The notes beneath the pieces are model-generated. The model was not told the DNA's origin. It was given only the letters and a program-made list of their open reading frames with translations, and searched no databases. Made by a program: the position numbers and the translations under genes. Shown here piece by piece: positions 1-11,186 of a stretch of DNA of 64,000 bases. Position 1 is the first letter of the stretch. Each line of letters opens with the position of its first letter. Source of the stretch: Spirochaetia bacterium (GTDB lineage Bacteria; Spirochaetota; Spirochaetia; UBA9216); the NCBI GenBank assembly GCA_963675665.1, contig OY776510.1, positions 2,560,001 through 2,624,000 on the forward strand. The letters run 5' to 3'.

Positions 1-625
1 GATAGCCCGGAAAATCGGCGTAATTGAAGAAATAGCGCGAAATACTAATCTTCTATCCCTTAATGCCGCGATTGAAGCCGCCCGCGCCGGCGAGCACGGA
101 AAAGGCTTTGCCGTTGTAGCTGCAGAGGTTGGTAAACTGGCGGCTACAAGCCAGAAGGCCGCTCTCGAAATTCAGGAGTTGGCAAAGACAAGTGTTAATA
201 AAGCCAATGCAGCAGGCGAACAGATTCAGAAGGTTGTTCCTGATATCAGAAAAACCGCTGAACTGGTTTCGGAAATAAGCGCTTCAAGTCTTGAACAGAA
301 CAGCGGAGCGGCGCAGATTAGTGAAGCAATGATGCAGCTGGATCAGGTTATTCAGCAGAATGCAGCTTCTTCCGAGGAAGTTTCATCCATGTCTGAAGAA
401 CTGACATCACAGGCCCAGCAGCTGCTTGATATGGTCAGGTTCTTTAAAATTAATGCTGACGGCAGCGATTATGTCGCGCCGAAAGCAACCGGACAGAAAA
501 AAATTGCGTATAAACAATCTGCACAGCCGAAAAAAGTTTCCGTTAAATCCTCAACTGAGAAAGCAGGGGAAAAGAAGCCGAAAGAAGCTTCAGAAGAGAT
601 CGATTCGGATTTTATTGAATTTTAA
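1..625 (+). CDS. Methyl-accepting chemotaxis protein, C-terminal part (5' end outside window)
   Basis: Frame open from base 2: [37 protein letters not shown] signalling hairpin; ends with DFIEF pentapeptide. Confidence 0.95.
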   Translation, partial: IARKIGVIEEIARNTNLLSLNAAIEAARAGEHGKGFAVVAAEVGKLAATSQKAALEIQELAKTSVNKANAAGEQIQKVVPDIRKTAELVSEISASSLEQNSGAAQISEAMMQLDQVIQQNAASSEEVSSMSEELTSQAQQLLDMVRFFKINADGSDYVAPKATGQKKIAYKQSAQPKKVSVKSSTEKAGEKKPKEASEEIDSDFIEF

Positions 626-645
626 TTGAAGTATTTGATGAGTTT

Positions 646-679
646 AAAGCCGGATGAAATAAATAATCCGGCTTTTTTT
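646..679 (+). terminator. Intrinsic terminator
   Basis: aaagccggat...atccggcttt stem followed by T run, just after MCP stop. Confidence 0.8.
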
Positions 680-789
680 ATAAAAAAGGTCAGATTTATT
701 TGCATCGCAATCTCAAATTCCTATAATTAATATATTAAGAGTAATTATTGAATCGTAAATTTGAAAACTAATTAAAAACGGAGTTATTT

Positions 790-2856
790 ATGAAGAATTG
801 GAAAATGGCTTTAAAAATGCTGTTCGGATTCGGCATTGTTATTATCCTGCTTGTTTTGACGGCATTTGTTTCAATCCTGGGAATCGAAGGGATTATCGGA
901 AATGCAAAAACTGTAATTGCCGGGAACAAGCTTGACGGTTTGCTTGCTCAGCGGGAAGTTGAGCATCTTAACTGGGCGGGTGAAGTAAATGCGCTTCTTA
1001 CCGATGATACTGTTACCGAATTGAATGTTCAGCTTGATGATCATCAGTGTGCATTCGGTAAATGGCTGTATGGAGACGGGAGAACCGAAGCTGAAACATT
1101 AGTGCCCAGTCTTGCGCCGCTGCTGAAGGCTATAGAAGGACCACATCTGCGTTTGCATGAATCGGCTACCCAGATTAAGGACGAATTCGTACAGGCTGAT
1201 CTGAATATTACATCAGTATTACAGCAGCGTGAGATTGAACATCTCAGATGGGCAGCATCAATCAGGGATGCCCTGCTTAGAGGAGACAGAACTTTGCAGG
1301 TTGAAACTGATCCTGAAAAATGCGGGTTGGGAATATGGCTGGAAAGCGATGCCGCCGGGGAAATGTACAGCAAGGGAACAGCCGAATTCAGGGCAATCTG
1401 GGATGATATGCTTGTTCAGCATGAAAAGCTTCATACCTCTGCTATTGATCTCGGGCAATTGATGGCTTCAGATCATGATGAAGCATTAAAATATTTTAAT
1501 AATACAATTTTGGTTTACCTTGAGACAACACTTTCGGAACTCAGGAAGCTGCAGGCGTATGCAGAGGAAGATGTCCAAAGATTGTGCACGGCAAACGAGA
1601 TATATGCCCGGGAAACGCGGCCGGCGCTGCAGGAAGTTCAGTCGGCATTAAACGAGATCCGTACCGAGATGAAACGCAACATTATGACTGATGACGAAAT
1701 GGTCAACGCTGCTGTTTCTACCAGAACACTTGTAACAATCATCAGTTTAATTGCAGTTTTGGCTGGAATTATTTTCGCGCTGATAATTTCACGGGGAATA
1801 ACCGTACCGTTAAAAAAGGGCATGCAGTTTGCCGAAACTCTTTCAACCGGAGATCTGACTGCCGAGATTGATTTACATCAGAAGGACGAATTCGGGCAGC
1901 TTGCAGATTCATTGCGTGAAATGAAAGATAGTCTTTATAATATTGTCACAGATGTTCTTTCCGGGGCAAACAATGTTTCCGCCGGTAGTCTGCAGCTCAG
2001 TTCAGCCTCACAACAGCTTTCACAGGGCGCAACCGAGCAGGCGGCTTCTACCGAAGAGGTTTCCTCTTCAATGGAAGAGATGGATTCAAGCATTAGCCAG
2101 AATGCTGATAATGCTGTACAGACCGAGGTGATAGCCCGTGACGCGGCAACTGTTGTTCAGGAAGGCAGTGAATCGGTAAACCGGACGGTGACGGCAATGA
2201 GAGAAATAGCCGAGAAAATTTCTGTGGTTGAAGAGATTTCACGGCAGACAAATCTTTTAAGTCTTAACGCTGCTATTGAAGCGGCAAGGGCCGGAGAGCA
2301 CGGTAAGGGATTTGCTGTTGTTGCGGCAGAAGTCGGCAAGCTTGCGTCACAAAGTAAAACAGCCGCCGCCGAGATATCCAGGCTTGCAGTTTCAAGCGTG
2401 GAACTTGCCGACAGGACCGGTGAGCTGATGGATTCGATTGTACCCAAAATTCGGAAGACCGCTGAGCTTGTCGCCGAAATAAGCGCTTCAAGTACCGAGC
2501 AGAAATCAGGCGCTTTTCAGATTACCCAGGCAATAACTCAACTGGATACCGTTGTTCAGCAGAATGCTTCAGCCTCTGAGGAGTCTGCATCAATGGCTGA
2601 AGAATTATCCGCCCAGGCGGAAAGACTTCAGCAGTTAATGAAATTTTTTAAAATCAAAAAACAATCGGATGAGGGAATTAAAAGCGTCAAATTAAAGAAC
2701 CCCGACGGCAGCAGAAAACAAACGCACTTTCCCGTGAATTCCCGGTTGATCCGCGGAACCGGTAAAAACCCGGATGAAGGGCAGGCGGTATCAGATTTTA
2801 AACTTGCTTCAGGAAGTGATATTGATCCGGTTGACTCGGGTTTTACAGAATTTTAG
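790..2856 (+). CDS. Methyl-accepting chemotaxis protein with two CZB-like zinc-binding domains, HAMP and MCP signal domain
   Basis: Two TM segments; HLNW..CAFGKW..HLRLH and HLRW..CGLGIW..HEKLH motifs; DEFGQLA HAMP; [21 protein letters not shown]. Confidence 0.92.
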   Translation: MKNWKMALKMLFGFGIVIILLVLTAFVSILGIEGIIGNAKTVIAGNKLDGLLAQREVEHLNWAGEVNALLTDDTVTELNVQLDDHQCAFGKWLYGDGRTEAETLVPSLAPLLKAIEGPHLRLHESATQIKDEFVQADLNITSVLQQREIEHLRWAASIRDALLRGDRTLQVETDPEKCGLGIWLESDAAGEMYSKGTAEFRAIWDDMLVQHEKLHTSAIDLGQLMASDHDEALKYFNNTILVYLETTLSELRKLQAYAEEDVQRLCTANEIYARETRPALQEVQSALNEIRTEMKRNIMTDDEMVNAAVSTRTLVTIISLIAVLAGIIFALIISRGITVPLKKGMQFAETLSTGDLTAEIDLHQKDEFGQLADSLREMKDSLYNIVTDVLSGANNVSAGSLQLSSASQQLSQGATEQAASTEEVSSSMEEMDSSISQNADNAVQTEVIARDAATVVQEGSESVNRTVTAMREIAEKISVVEEISRQTNLLSLNAAIEAARAGEHGKGFAVVAAEVGKLASQSKTAAAEISRLAVSSVELADRTGELMDSIVPKIRKTAELVAEISASSTEQKSGAFQITQAITQLDTVVQQNASASEESASMAEELSAQAERLQQLMKFFKIKKQSDEGIKSVKLKNPDGSRKQTHFPVNSRLIRGTGKNPDEGQAVSDFKLASGSDIDPVDSGFTEF

Positions 2857-3015
2857 CAGCTTCTGCAGGGGCTGTTACTGGCTGTGGAAATATTTTAAAA
2901 CAAACTTTGATATTATAGTATTTGATGTATGCAAACCTGATGTCTGCAGGTGGATAACAATTTTATTTTTACGCTGTATTTTGACATTCAATATCCAATA
3001 ACATAGAATTATAGT

Positions 3016-3399
3016 ATGAAAATAATGATTGTTGATGATTCCCGGGCCGCCCGGATGCTGATTAAATCCATACTGACGGAATACAATCAAAATATTGAAC
3101 TGGTTGAAGGTGCCGATGGACAGGAAGCGATCGATCAATATATAAAGCATAGGCCGGACATAACATTTCTTGATTTGACCATGCCGGTGATGGATGGGTA
3201 CGAGGCTCTCAAAATGATAATTGCCGAGGATCCGGAGGCTGTCGTTATTGTTCTTACTGCTGATATACAGGAAAAGTCTGTTCAGAAATGTATGGATATC
3301 GGAGCAACCATGGTAATGAAAAAATTACCCCGGAAAGAAATTGTATTTGAGGTTCTGGATAAGCTTGTGTCAAAGCTTGAGGGGTCTCTTGATGGATAA
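3016..3399 (+). CDS. CheY-like single-domain response regulator
   Basis: IVDDS, FLDLTMPVMDG, VLTA receiver motifs; 127 aa. Confidence 0.92.
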   Translation: MKIMIVDDSRAARMLIKSILTEYNQNIELVEGADGQEAIDQYIKHRPDITFLDLTMPVMDGYEALKMIIAEDPEAVVIVLTADIQEKSVQKCMDIGATMVMKKLPRKEIVFEVLDKLVSKLEGSLDG

Positions 3400-4027
3400 A
3401 AACCAACTTTCTTTTTCTGAAATGGAACTGGATGCGCTGGGAGAGCTGCTGAATATATCTTTTGGTTCAGCAGTTGCTGATCTCGCCGGAATTTTTGATA
3501 TATTTATAAATTTAAATGTGCCTTTTGTTAAAATTATCAGAAGATACGAAATATTCGACTATATATCAAACGAGATTCCCAATTGTATCGACTGCAGCAT
3601 AGTAGAGCAGAAATATCATGGCAACTGGGGAGGTACTGCACTGCTTGTCTTTCCCTATGGAATCGAGAAGAAACTCATTTCATATTTTGAACAGCCTTCC
3701 GAGAGTAGTTATAGTTCGGATGGTGTTGCTGAACTTGAAAAAGAAGTTTTAATGGAAATAGGAAATATTCTTATAGGGGCCTGCCTAAGCAAGATTTTTG
3801 AGCTTCTTGATACGAGGGTAATTTATTTCCCTCCCACAGCATCCGTCGGAGGATGGTCAAAAGAGATGCTGCTCGGAAGCGATTCTGCAGATGATTTCTG
3901 TATTACGTTAGAGACAAAATTCAGCTTTGAAGATCGGAATGTTGAAGGACATCTCTTTCTGATTATCGACAAGGAGTCTGTTCCCAGGCTGAAAAAAGCC
4001 CTCAGGCCTTTTACCGGAGCAGAATGA
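3392..4027 (+). CDS. CheC-family phosphatase-like protein
   Basis: Two ExxN motifs (DALGELLN, EVLMEIGN); ATG 3392 overlaps upstream gene end. Confidence 0.85.
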   Translation: MDKNQLSFSEMELDALGELLNISFGSAVADLAGIFDIFINLNVPFVKIIRRYEIFDYISNEIPNCIDCSIVEQKYHGNWGGTALLVFPYGIEKKLISYFEQPSESSYSSDGVAELEKEVLMEIGNILIGACLSKIFELLDTRVIYFPPTASVGGWSKEMLLGSDSADDFCITLETKFSFEDRNVEGHLFLIIDKESVPRLKKALRPFTGAE

Positions 4028-4941
4028 TGTACCGCCAAATCCTGGATGCTATCAATCAGGGAATAGTAATTCTCGGCAGTGAATACACGGTTATTTACTG
4101 GAACCGGTGGATGGACGTTCACAGCGGAATTCATAAAGAGCAGATAATCGGAACATGCATTTTCGAGCAATATCCGGATTTGAACAATCCCAATTTTATC
4201 AGAAACTGCAAATCTGTTCTTAATTTCGGGAATTATATTTTTTATTCGCAAAAGCTGCATAATTATATGTTTCCATTTAAAACAATTGGAACTTATGCGT
4301 CAAAGCACGAAATGATGCAGCAAAGCTGTGTTATGGCGCCGCTTCGGGCAGAGGACAGTTCCATAAAAGAGATAGTAATAACAGTCCAGGATGTCACGGA
4401 AAGTGTTTATCTGGAAAATGAACTGAAAACGATGATCCAGTACGACAGTCTTACCGGCATACATAACCGCAGATATTTTGATGAGAGGCTGGTTGAGGAA
4501 TTCAACCGGACTATTCGAAACAAACTGGACCTGGCGCTTATTATTTTTGATATTGATAATTTCAAGAAACTGAATGACAATTATAGTCACCAGTATGGTG
4601 ATGCCGTGCTGCAAAAGATTGCCCAGGTCTGCAAAAAAGTTATCCGCGGCTGCGATATCTTTGCACGTTACGGCGGTGAGGAGTTCTGTGTTATTCTTCC
4701 GGATTCGAATATCAAAGGAGCAGGTGTTTTTGCGGAGAGGCTGCGACTGGCTGTTGAGAATATGGAGATTGATTATCAAAACAGGGAAGAAAAGGTATAT
4801 GAAACTGTGACCATCAGTCTCGGAGTTTCTGCAATCGATTTAAATATATCAACTGAAGCGCAACTTTTAAAATGCGCTGACGAAGCTTTGTACAATTCAA
4901 AACATACAGGCAGGAATTGTGTTTCATTTTATGAGAATTAA
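4024..4941 (+). CDS. PAS-GGDEF diguanylate cyclase
   Basis: N-terminal PAS-like region; DSLTG, DIDNFK, RGCD I-site, RYGGEEF. Confidence 0.93.
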   Translation: MMYRQILDAINQGIVILGSEYTVIYWNRWMDVHSGIHKEQIIGTCIFEQYPDLNNPNFIRNCKSVLNFGNYIFYSQKLHNYMFPFKTIGTYASKHEMMQQSCVMAPLRAEDSSIKEIVITVQDVTESVYLENELKTMIQYDSLTGIHNRRYFDERLVEEFNRTIRNKLDLALIIFDIDNFKKLNDNYSHQYGDAVLQKIAQVCKKVIRGCDIFARYGGEEFCVILPDSNIKGAGVFAERLRLAVENMEIDYQNREEKVYETVTISLGVSAIDLNISTEAQLLKCADEALYNSKHTGRNCVSFYEN

Positions 4942-5016
4942 ACAGATCTCTACGTAAATATTATCAATTTATACCGTTGCTTTAACCTGATAACCATAAT
5001 ATCATATAAAATAGAT

Positions 5017-7023
5017 ATGCAATATATAACGCAGTTTATCAGCATCATATCCGTGATTGTCTTTTCGGCGCTGGTGATTACAATACTCAGGTCCAATATT
5101 GACAATATCCGCAAGGGCAGTTTTGTTCATTTCTTTTTAATTTTACTGATATGGCAGCTTTCCAATCTGGGCGTTTTTTTCAGCAGTAAACCGGTGACGG
5201 CTATAATATTTTACAGAATTGCTCTTGCTGCATCGGCAGGGTTTCTTTTTTCATATCTTCCTCTATGTTTGGGCGTGATGAATCACAGAAAAACATTTCA
5301 TACCATAGTTATCACGTTTATCCTGTTCGGAATCTACGTCATAATATCTATTTTAAAGGATTTTATTGTAAATCTATACATCGGAAAGGGCGGTTTTCTT
5401 GTTCAGAATTTAAGACCGGATATGAAAATATATTTTTCCCCGGCGCTCCTTGTCTTCCTTTCAGGCGTTGCTGTCTGCGTAATAAATATATTCAGACAGA
5501 AATCGGTGATCATTCGCCAAAGGCTTCTCTATTTTTTAATAGTCAGCATATTAATTCTGCTCGGCATCATTTCCAACCTTACAAGCCTGAAGGAAATGCC
5601 GTTTGATGTATTTTTGATCCTGCTCAGCGGTATACTGCTTGCATATTTATTTCTCAACAAAAGGCTTCTTGATATACGAAAAGCTTTCCCCCGCGGCATT
5701 TTAAACGCAGCTTTAGTAGCCGGTTCCGGAATTCTCTTTACATTGGGGATCTTTATCACATCAGCTATTCTTGAGAAAACAGTACCTTATGAAACAGTAT
5801 TGCCGGCATTGGTTATTTTTCTTCTTATATTTATCTTGTTCAATCAAAGGCTGAATCAGGCCGGTAAATCATTTTTATATAATTCGGTATTTTTTATAAA
5901 TTCGGCATTTGAACATGACCTTGAATCATACAGCATGAGTGTACGGAAAGCTTACGAGTTCAGCGAGATCTTTGACGCATTTCATTCAGCAATTATTGAT
6001 GAATTTCCGGTCTGCTGGATGACAGTTTATATGCTTGATACTGTAACGGGCAATTTCAGACTGAATTATTATGATGAAAATCTGAATAAATCCGAAGCAA
6101 GTGAAACAATTACAGAGGTAGAAGCCTTGCAGTCGTGCCTTAAAAAAACTGAAATTTGTATGGTTGATGAACTTTCAGAGGCTGAATATAAGGAACTTGC
6201 CGGTTTTTTTAATTATTTTCCCGGAGAAAATCCTCCTGATGTTATTTTGCCGCTTAAAATTAATCATGAAGTTGTAGGAATGATTGTTTTCAGATTCCGG
6301 AAAGAGAAAAACTTTTTTCTGGACAATGAGGGCTGGAATTATCTTCTGAAGCTGGGTAAATATACCGAGGATGCGATTGTACGTGCATACGCATTTGAAC
6401 AGCTTGCACGCGATGTTTACAGCAAGGATAATCTGATAAAAGATATAAACCATCGTGTAAAAAATAATCTTCAGATGATTACCGCGCTTTTGGCAATGCA
6501 GGAACTATCCACAAGAAATAAAGAAGCGGGGGATATTCTTAATGTTGCCAGAAGACGTGTAGAGATAATAGCAAATATTCATGAGATGCTGTATATAGGC
6601 GGAGTAGTAAAGACAATAAACCTTCGCGATTATGTATTGAAGGTTATTTCCGGGTTTGACGGTCGTTCTATAGAAGGTACTGAAATAGATTTTCAGGTGG
6701 AAGTGCCTGATTTCAAGCTGGAAACCGAAAAGGCTCTGACGTTCTGTCTGATTATAAACGAACTCGTCGGAAATGCAGTCAAATATGCTTTTCCCGGACG
6801 GGAATACGGAAGGATAAGTTTGAATATCGAAAGGGAAAGAAATGTCCTTCGGTGTATAATTCATGATAACGGCGCGGGGTATACCGAATCGGCTGATTCT
6901 TTATCCGAACGGGGAGGAATCGGCCATAAACTCGTCAGCTCTTTTGTTACAACCCAGTTGAAGGGAAGCTGGGAAATGATAAATGACAACGGAACCAGGC
7001 ATATTATTTTAATACCGCTTTAA
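5017..7023 (+). CDS. Multi-TM sensor histidine kinase (7TM-like sensor, GAF-like, HisKA_2-type kinase)
   Basis: Many TM helices; NHRVKNNLQ H-box; NELVGNAVKYAF and DNGAG boxes. Confidence 0.88.
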   Translation: MQYITQFISIISVIVFSALVITILRSNIDNIRKGSFVHFFLILLIWQLSNLGVFFSSKPVTAIIFYRIALAASAGFLFSYLPLCLGVMNHRKTFHTIVITFILFGIYVIISILKDFIVNLYIGKGGFLVQNLRPDMKIYFSPALLVFLSGVAVCVINIFRQKSVIIRQRLLYFLIVSILILLGIISNLTSLKEMPFDVFLILLSGILLAYLFLNKRLLDIRKAFPRGILNAALVAGSGILFTLGIFITSAILEKTVPYETVLPALVIFLLIFILFNQRLNQAGKSFLYNSVFFINSAFEHDLESYSMSVRKAYEFSEIFDAFHSAIIDEFPVCWMTVYMLDTVTGNFRLNYYDENLNKSEASETITEVEALQSCLKKTEICMVDELSEAEYKELAGFFNYFPGENPPDVILPLKINHEVVGMIVFRFRKEKNFFLDNEGWNYLLKLGKYTEDAIVRAYAFEQLARDVYSKDNLIKDINHRVKNNLQMITALLAMQELSTRNKEAGDILNVARRRVEIIANIHEMLYIGGVVKTINLRDYVLKVISGFDGRSIEGTEIDFQVEVPDFKLETEKALTFCLIINELVGNAVKYAFPGREYGRISLNIERERNVLRCIIHDNGAGYTESADSLSERGGIGHKLVSSFVTTQLKGSWEMINDNGTRHIILIPL

Positions 7024-7082
7024 CGAAATTGCTGGAAAAAAAATGATTTGTGTCATATGCTGAATATTATAGGAGCCTGCTT

Positions 7083-8393
7083 ATGTCTGATAAACAAATC
7101 AAGTCTTTCGTAATCGATACCAACGTATTTATCCATCGGCCTGATGCCATTTCATCATTCAGGGATAATGAAGTTATTATTCCATTGGCCGTTCTTGAAG
7201 AACTGGACAGTCTCAAACGTTTCAGCGATGAAAAAGGCCGGAATGCGCGCCACGCAATCAGGTTTCTTGATTCGCAGGCTGCAAAAGGCGGTTCGCTGCA
7301 TAACGGAGTGAAAATGGAAAACGGGTCCGTCTTGCGGGTCGTACGTGCCGGCGGCACAAAACTGCCTCCTGATTTGACTGTAGACAAAGCGGACAACCGA
7401 ATAATTCAGACTGCGCTGGATCTGCAGAACTCCGGCAGACAGGTATTTTTTGTTTCCAAAGATATCAATGCCAGGGTCAAAGCCGAAGCGCTCGGGCTCA
7501 GGGCCGTAGATTATGAAAAGCAGAAGGTCGATTCATCATCAATGTACCAGGGCTGGAGAGAGGTCCAGGTAAGCCCTGAAACATATGAAAAATTCCGTAC
7601 TGACAAAAGGCTTGAATGGCGTGATTCGCTTAAATGCAACGAGTTTATCATAATAAAAGCGGCTGATGTAACCGGAACCCTTCTCGGCAGGTATAATGAG
7701 GCGTCCGGCGAATTGCGACTGCTTCCCGTAAAGAGAACATCGGTGTCGGGAATTAAACCGTTGAATATTCAACAGAAAATGGCTTTTGACCTGCTGCTTG
7801 ACGACTCTGTTCCGCTGGTTTCACTTGTGGGACAGGCCGGAACCGGGAAAACACTTCTTGCTCTTGCAGCCGGAATGGCAAAGGTAATTGACGAAGCCCG
7901 CTATAATCGCCTGCTTGTTTCCCGTCCGGTTATCCCTATGGGTAAAGACATCGGTTATCTTCCGGGTGATAAAGACGAGAAACTATCTCACTGGATGCAG
8001 CCTATATTTGACAACCTTGAATATATACTTGGAATAAACAAACGAAAAGACGAAGAAAAAGGGGTGGACTGGTTTATCAAGAATAATCTTATTGAGATTG
8101 AGGCCCTGACATATATCCGCGGCAGGTCCCTGCCGGACCAGTTTTTGATAGTAGACGAAGCCCAGAACCTGTCTCCGCATGAAATAAAAACAATTGTAAG
8201 CCGCGCCGGCAGAAATACCAAGGTTGTTCTCACCGGAGATCCGTTCCAGATTGACAGTCCATATCTCGACACCAATTCAAACGGACTTTCATTCCTCGTT
8301 GAGGCGTTCAAGGGACAGCCGCTGTTCGGCCATGTCACACTGGCACAGACAGAGCGAAGTGAGCTGGCTGAGCTGGCTGCCGTTCTGTTATAA
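7083..8393 (+). CDS. PIN-PhoH family protein (PhoH2/YlaK-like)
   Basis: VIDTNV PIN motif; GQAGTGKT Walker A; IGYLPG, YIRGRS, IVDEAQN, TGDPFQID. Confidence 0.93.
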   Translation: MSDKQIKSFVIDTNVFIHRPDAISSFRDNEVIIPLAVLEELDSLKRFSDEKGRNARHAIRFLDSQAAKGGSLHNGVKMENGSVLRVVRAGGTKLPPDLTVDKADNRIIQTALDLQNSGRQVFFVSKDINARVKAEALGLRAVDYEKQKVDSSSMYQGWREVQVSPETYEKFRTDKRLEWRDSLKCNEFIIIKAADVTGTLLGRYNEASGELRLLPVKRTSVSGIKPLNIQQKMAFDLLLDDSVPLVSLVGQAGTGKTLLALAAGMAKVIDEARYNRLLVSRPVIPMGKDIGYLPGDKDEKLSHWMQPIFDNLEYILGINKRKDEEKGVDWFIKNNLIEIEALTYIRGRSLPDQFLIVDEAQNLSPHEIKTIVSRAGRNTKVVLTGDPFQIDSPYLDTNSNGLSFLVEAFKGQPLFGHVTLAQTERSELAELAAVLL

Positions 8394-8479
8394 GGAAACT
8401 GAAAAATATTGAGGAATTTTGTCTATTTGATTTGAATTATTATAGCGCGTCTCTTATATTTAAAGTAGAGGATGTATTT

Positions 8480-8716
8480 ATGGAGTGTGCTAATTGCGGA
8501 AAGGACTTACAGCCGGACTTCAATTTCTGTCCCGGCTGTGGAAATCCGGTCGATCGTAATGAACAGTTTAAACAGGTCGTCGACGAATCTTTCTCCAGGC
8601 TTGAGGAGGTTGTATACGGCGATACAATGCTGAGGCTCGAAAATCTCTCGTCGAGGCTGGACAGTATTGAAGCAGAGCTTGAAAATTTTCTGTTAACCGC
8701 CCTGCCGGCAAAGTAA
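8480..8716 (+). CDS. Small zinc-ribbon protein with coiled-coil tail
   Basis: CANCG...FCPGCG; GAGG RBS before ATG 8480. Confidence 0.75.
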   Translation: MECANCGKDLQPDFNFCPGCGNPVDRNEQFKQVVDESFSRLEEVVYGDTMLRLENLSSRLDSIEAELENFLLTALPAK

Positions 8717-8779
8717 AGAGGCCGGAAGGGAAAATTTAACTGTATCAAAAGCCCTGCCATGCCGAAAATTTCCATAGAT

Positions 8780-11071
8780 ATGAAAAAGCTCTCCATTTTT
8801 CTTATAATATTATTGGTTGTCGTTTCCGGTTCCTACGCGGAAATAGAGTTTAAATCGCCGCTTTTCGGGCAGAACGATAATCTGCTCTTCACAGCTGAAA
8901 TTGAGGTGCCGGGTTACGGCAGTTATTCAACCCTGTTTAATGTCACTCTTGAAAATAAAGCACTTAATCAGCAGAAAAAGCTGCAGCAGCTTACGGTTTT
9001 TCCTGAAGAGGCGGTAATGCTTGACGGCGGCCGCACACTGCAGATACGAAACCGTTACGGGCTGTTCCGCACAGGCGACGGGTTTAACAGCCTGGATACG
9101 ATTGATTCCTATCCTGGATTTGTTGACGGTGCCCAGATAAAAACCGGGAAAATGCTTTCGTCTCATCCTTCTCCGGACGGGCAATACTTTGCCTATCTGA
9201 AGCCTGTGAGCTTCGGATACGGCAATCTTGTGCTTTATAACGTGCAAAGCGGAAAAGAAACAATGATCTCCGAGGGCCTTGATCTGAGCTACAGCGATGA
9301 AGTGGTTTTATGGTCTCCCGAATCTGATTTTCTCGTTTACAGCAAGGGCGGTAATGTATACTACTATTCTCTAGAGCAGTATTACCAGGGAAAGACCCTT
9401 GCTGAAGAATTCAGGAAGATTGGAAAAGGCCTGATAAATAATATCCGGTGGTCTGCCGGTAAAGAGCTGTTTTACCTTTCTGATTCCGTAATCTACAGGA
9501 TTATAAGTGCGCAGCTGTTTACCACTTCGCTTTACAGTGAATTGATGGAAACCGGTGAAATAGCCGGAAAAATTCCTTTTGATTTCGATCCTGCCAGCGA
9601 CAGTTTTCATGTTTCCCCTGACGGAGAGAAGATAATATTCAATAAAGCCGGAACCAATATATTTCTTTATTTTCTTAAAAATTCTGATTACTTGTCTACC
9701 GGAAACGTTGTATCGCTTCCGTACCTTTATCTGCCCAGAAATACCAGGCTGAAAAAGGTTATATGGCCGGAAAATGATATTGTTACAATTCTGACGACAA
9801 GTATAAAAGGCGGGGAACAGGAAACCTCGGTTTTCCGTTTTGATTTGCGTTATACGGATAAGCCTCTTGAATTCAAGGAAATACCTGAAGAAGATGTTGT
9901 AGATATCGAGTTGTCGCTTGATAATAATACAGTTGCGGTTCTTTATCCTGATCGCATTACTTTGAAAGATTACAGAACCTGGAGTTCATCGGAATCCTTT
10001 AAATACGACAATCCGTTAAAGGCCTTCTGGCTGGATGATGAGTATATGCTGATAGCCGGCCGCTATTCGACCGAAAAATATAATATCGTATCAAAGAATT
10101 CGCAGGTTCTGTCGGTTTCACAGGCGGACAGTTCAGGCTATACAAAGGACGGAAGTATATTTGCGTCGACAAACGGGAATATTTTTATCCGATCCGGGGA
10201 GAAAGGCTGGTCCCGCGTTTTCAGCATAGATGAAGCCGCCCCTGTTTCGGTTTCGGAAAGATACCGTGTCTATACGCAGCCCCTGTCTTCAGGTCCGTAT
10301 GCGAATATGATTATGCTTAGAATGCTGGACAGTTTCGGAACTGAGTCTCTTTTCCCGTACCCGGAAACAAAATATGAACCCTTTCCCGCCCGTGAAGAGG
10401 AAATTGATTTTAACAATTTCAGCCACGGCTCAAGAATAAGAAGGCGTGAAATCTCGCTTGTGTTTAATGCTGTTGATTCAGCCGAAGGTTTAACAGATGT
10501 GCTGAATATCCTTGATGATTATGATATAAATGCTACGTTCTTCGTTAACGGAAATTTTATGCGGCATAATCCGGAAGCAGTGCAGGAACTGGCAAAATCG
10601 AGCCATGAAGTAGGGTCGTTATTCTATGCCTACTTCAATATGACTGATTCAAAATACCGTCTGGATAAAGAATTCATCAAAAGAGGTCTTGCGCGCAACG
10701 AAGATGATTATTATGCTTTAACAGGAGAAGAACTTGCCTTGCTCTGGCATGCACCGTATTATGTAGTAAATACGGATATTATTGATGCTTCAATCGAGAT
10801 GAACTACACTTATGTAAACAGGGATATTGACCCTCTTGAATGGGCATGGAGCATGAAAGATTACGCCGGCGCCGGTTTAAGTGTTCCGCAGATGGTGGAA
10901 AAGATAATGAAACAGAAAAAGCCGGGGTCAATCATTCCCATCAGACTCGGAGAGGGTAAGGATGGAAACGGCGCACTTTACGGAAACCTGGATTTGCTCT
11001 TGAATAATCTGCTTGAAATGGGGTATTCAATAGTACCTGTTTCGGTATTAATGGATAGGGCCAGACGCTGA
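8780..11071 (+). CDS. Exported beta-propeller (TolB-like) protein with C-terminal polysaccharide-deacetylase-like domain
   Basis: Signal peptide; SPDG/WSP repeats; C-terminal ATFFVNG, HEVG, WHAPY, PGSII NodB-like motifs. Confidence 0.8.
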   Translation: MKKLSIFLIILLVVVSGSYAEIEFKSPLFGQNDNLLFTAEIEVPGYGSYSTLFNVTLENKALNQQKKLQQLTVFPEEAVMLDGGRTLQIRNRYGLFRTGDGFNSLDTIDSYPGFVDGAQIKTGKMLSSHPSPDGQYFAYLKPVSFGYGNLVLYNVQSGKETMISEGLDLSYSDEVVLWSPESDFLVYSKGGNVYYYSLEQYYQGKTLAEEFRKIGKGLINNIRWSAGKELFYLSDSVIYRIISAQLFTTSLYSELMETGEIAGKIPFDFDPASDSFHVSPDGEKIIFNKAGTNIFLYFLKNSDYLSTGNVVSLPYLYLPRNTRLKKVIWPENDIVTILTTSIKGGEQETSVFRFDLRYTDKPLEFKEIPEEDVVDIELSLDNNTVAVLYPDRITLKDYRTWSSSESFKYDNPLKAFWLDDEYMLIAGRYSTEKYNIVSKNSQVLSVSQADSSGYTKDGSIFASTNGNIFIRSGEKGWSRVFSIDEAAPVSVSERYRVYTQPLSSGPYANMIMLRMLDSFGTESLFPYPETKYEPFPAREEEIDFNNFSHGSRIRRREISLVFNAVDSAEGLTDVLNILDDYDINATFFVNGNFMRHNPEAVQELAKSSHEVGSLFYAYFNMTDSKYRLDKEFIKRGLARNEDDYYALTGEELALLWHAPYYVVNTDIIDASIEMNYTYVNRDIDPLEWAWSMKDYAGAGLSVPQMVEKIMKQKKPGSIIPIRLGEGKDGNGALYGNLDLLLNNLLEMGYSIVPVSVLMDRARR

Positions 11072-11108
11072 TGCTGCCTGAATTTTACGCAGCATTTGAA
11101 AAAACAGC

Positions 11109-11135
11109 TAAAGCAGCTTTAATTCGGGACGATAA
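11109..11135 (+). promoter_or_regulatory. Sigma-28 (FliA)-type promoter upstream of fliS
   Basis: TAAA-N15-GACGATAA versus consensus TAAA-N15-GCCGATAA. Confidence 0.7.
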
Positions 11136-11186
11136 TTAAAGAGGTGCCATAACCGGCACGATGATATAAGCGGGGGAGATGATATC

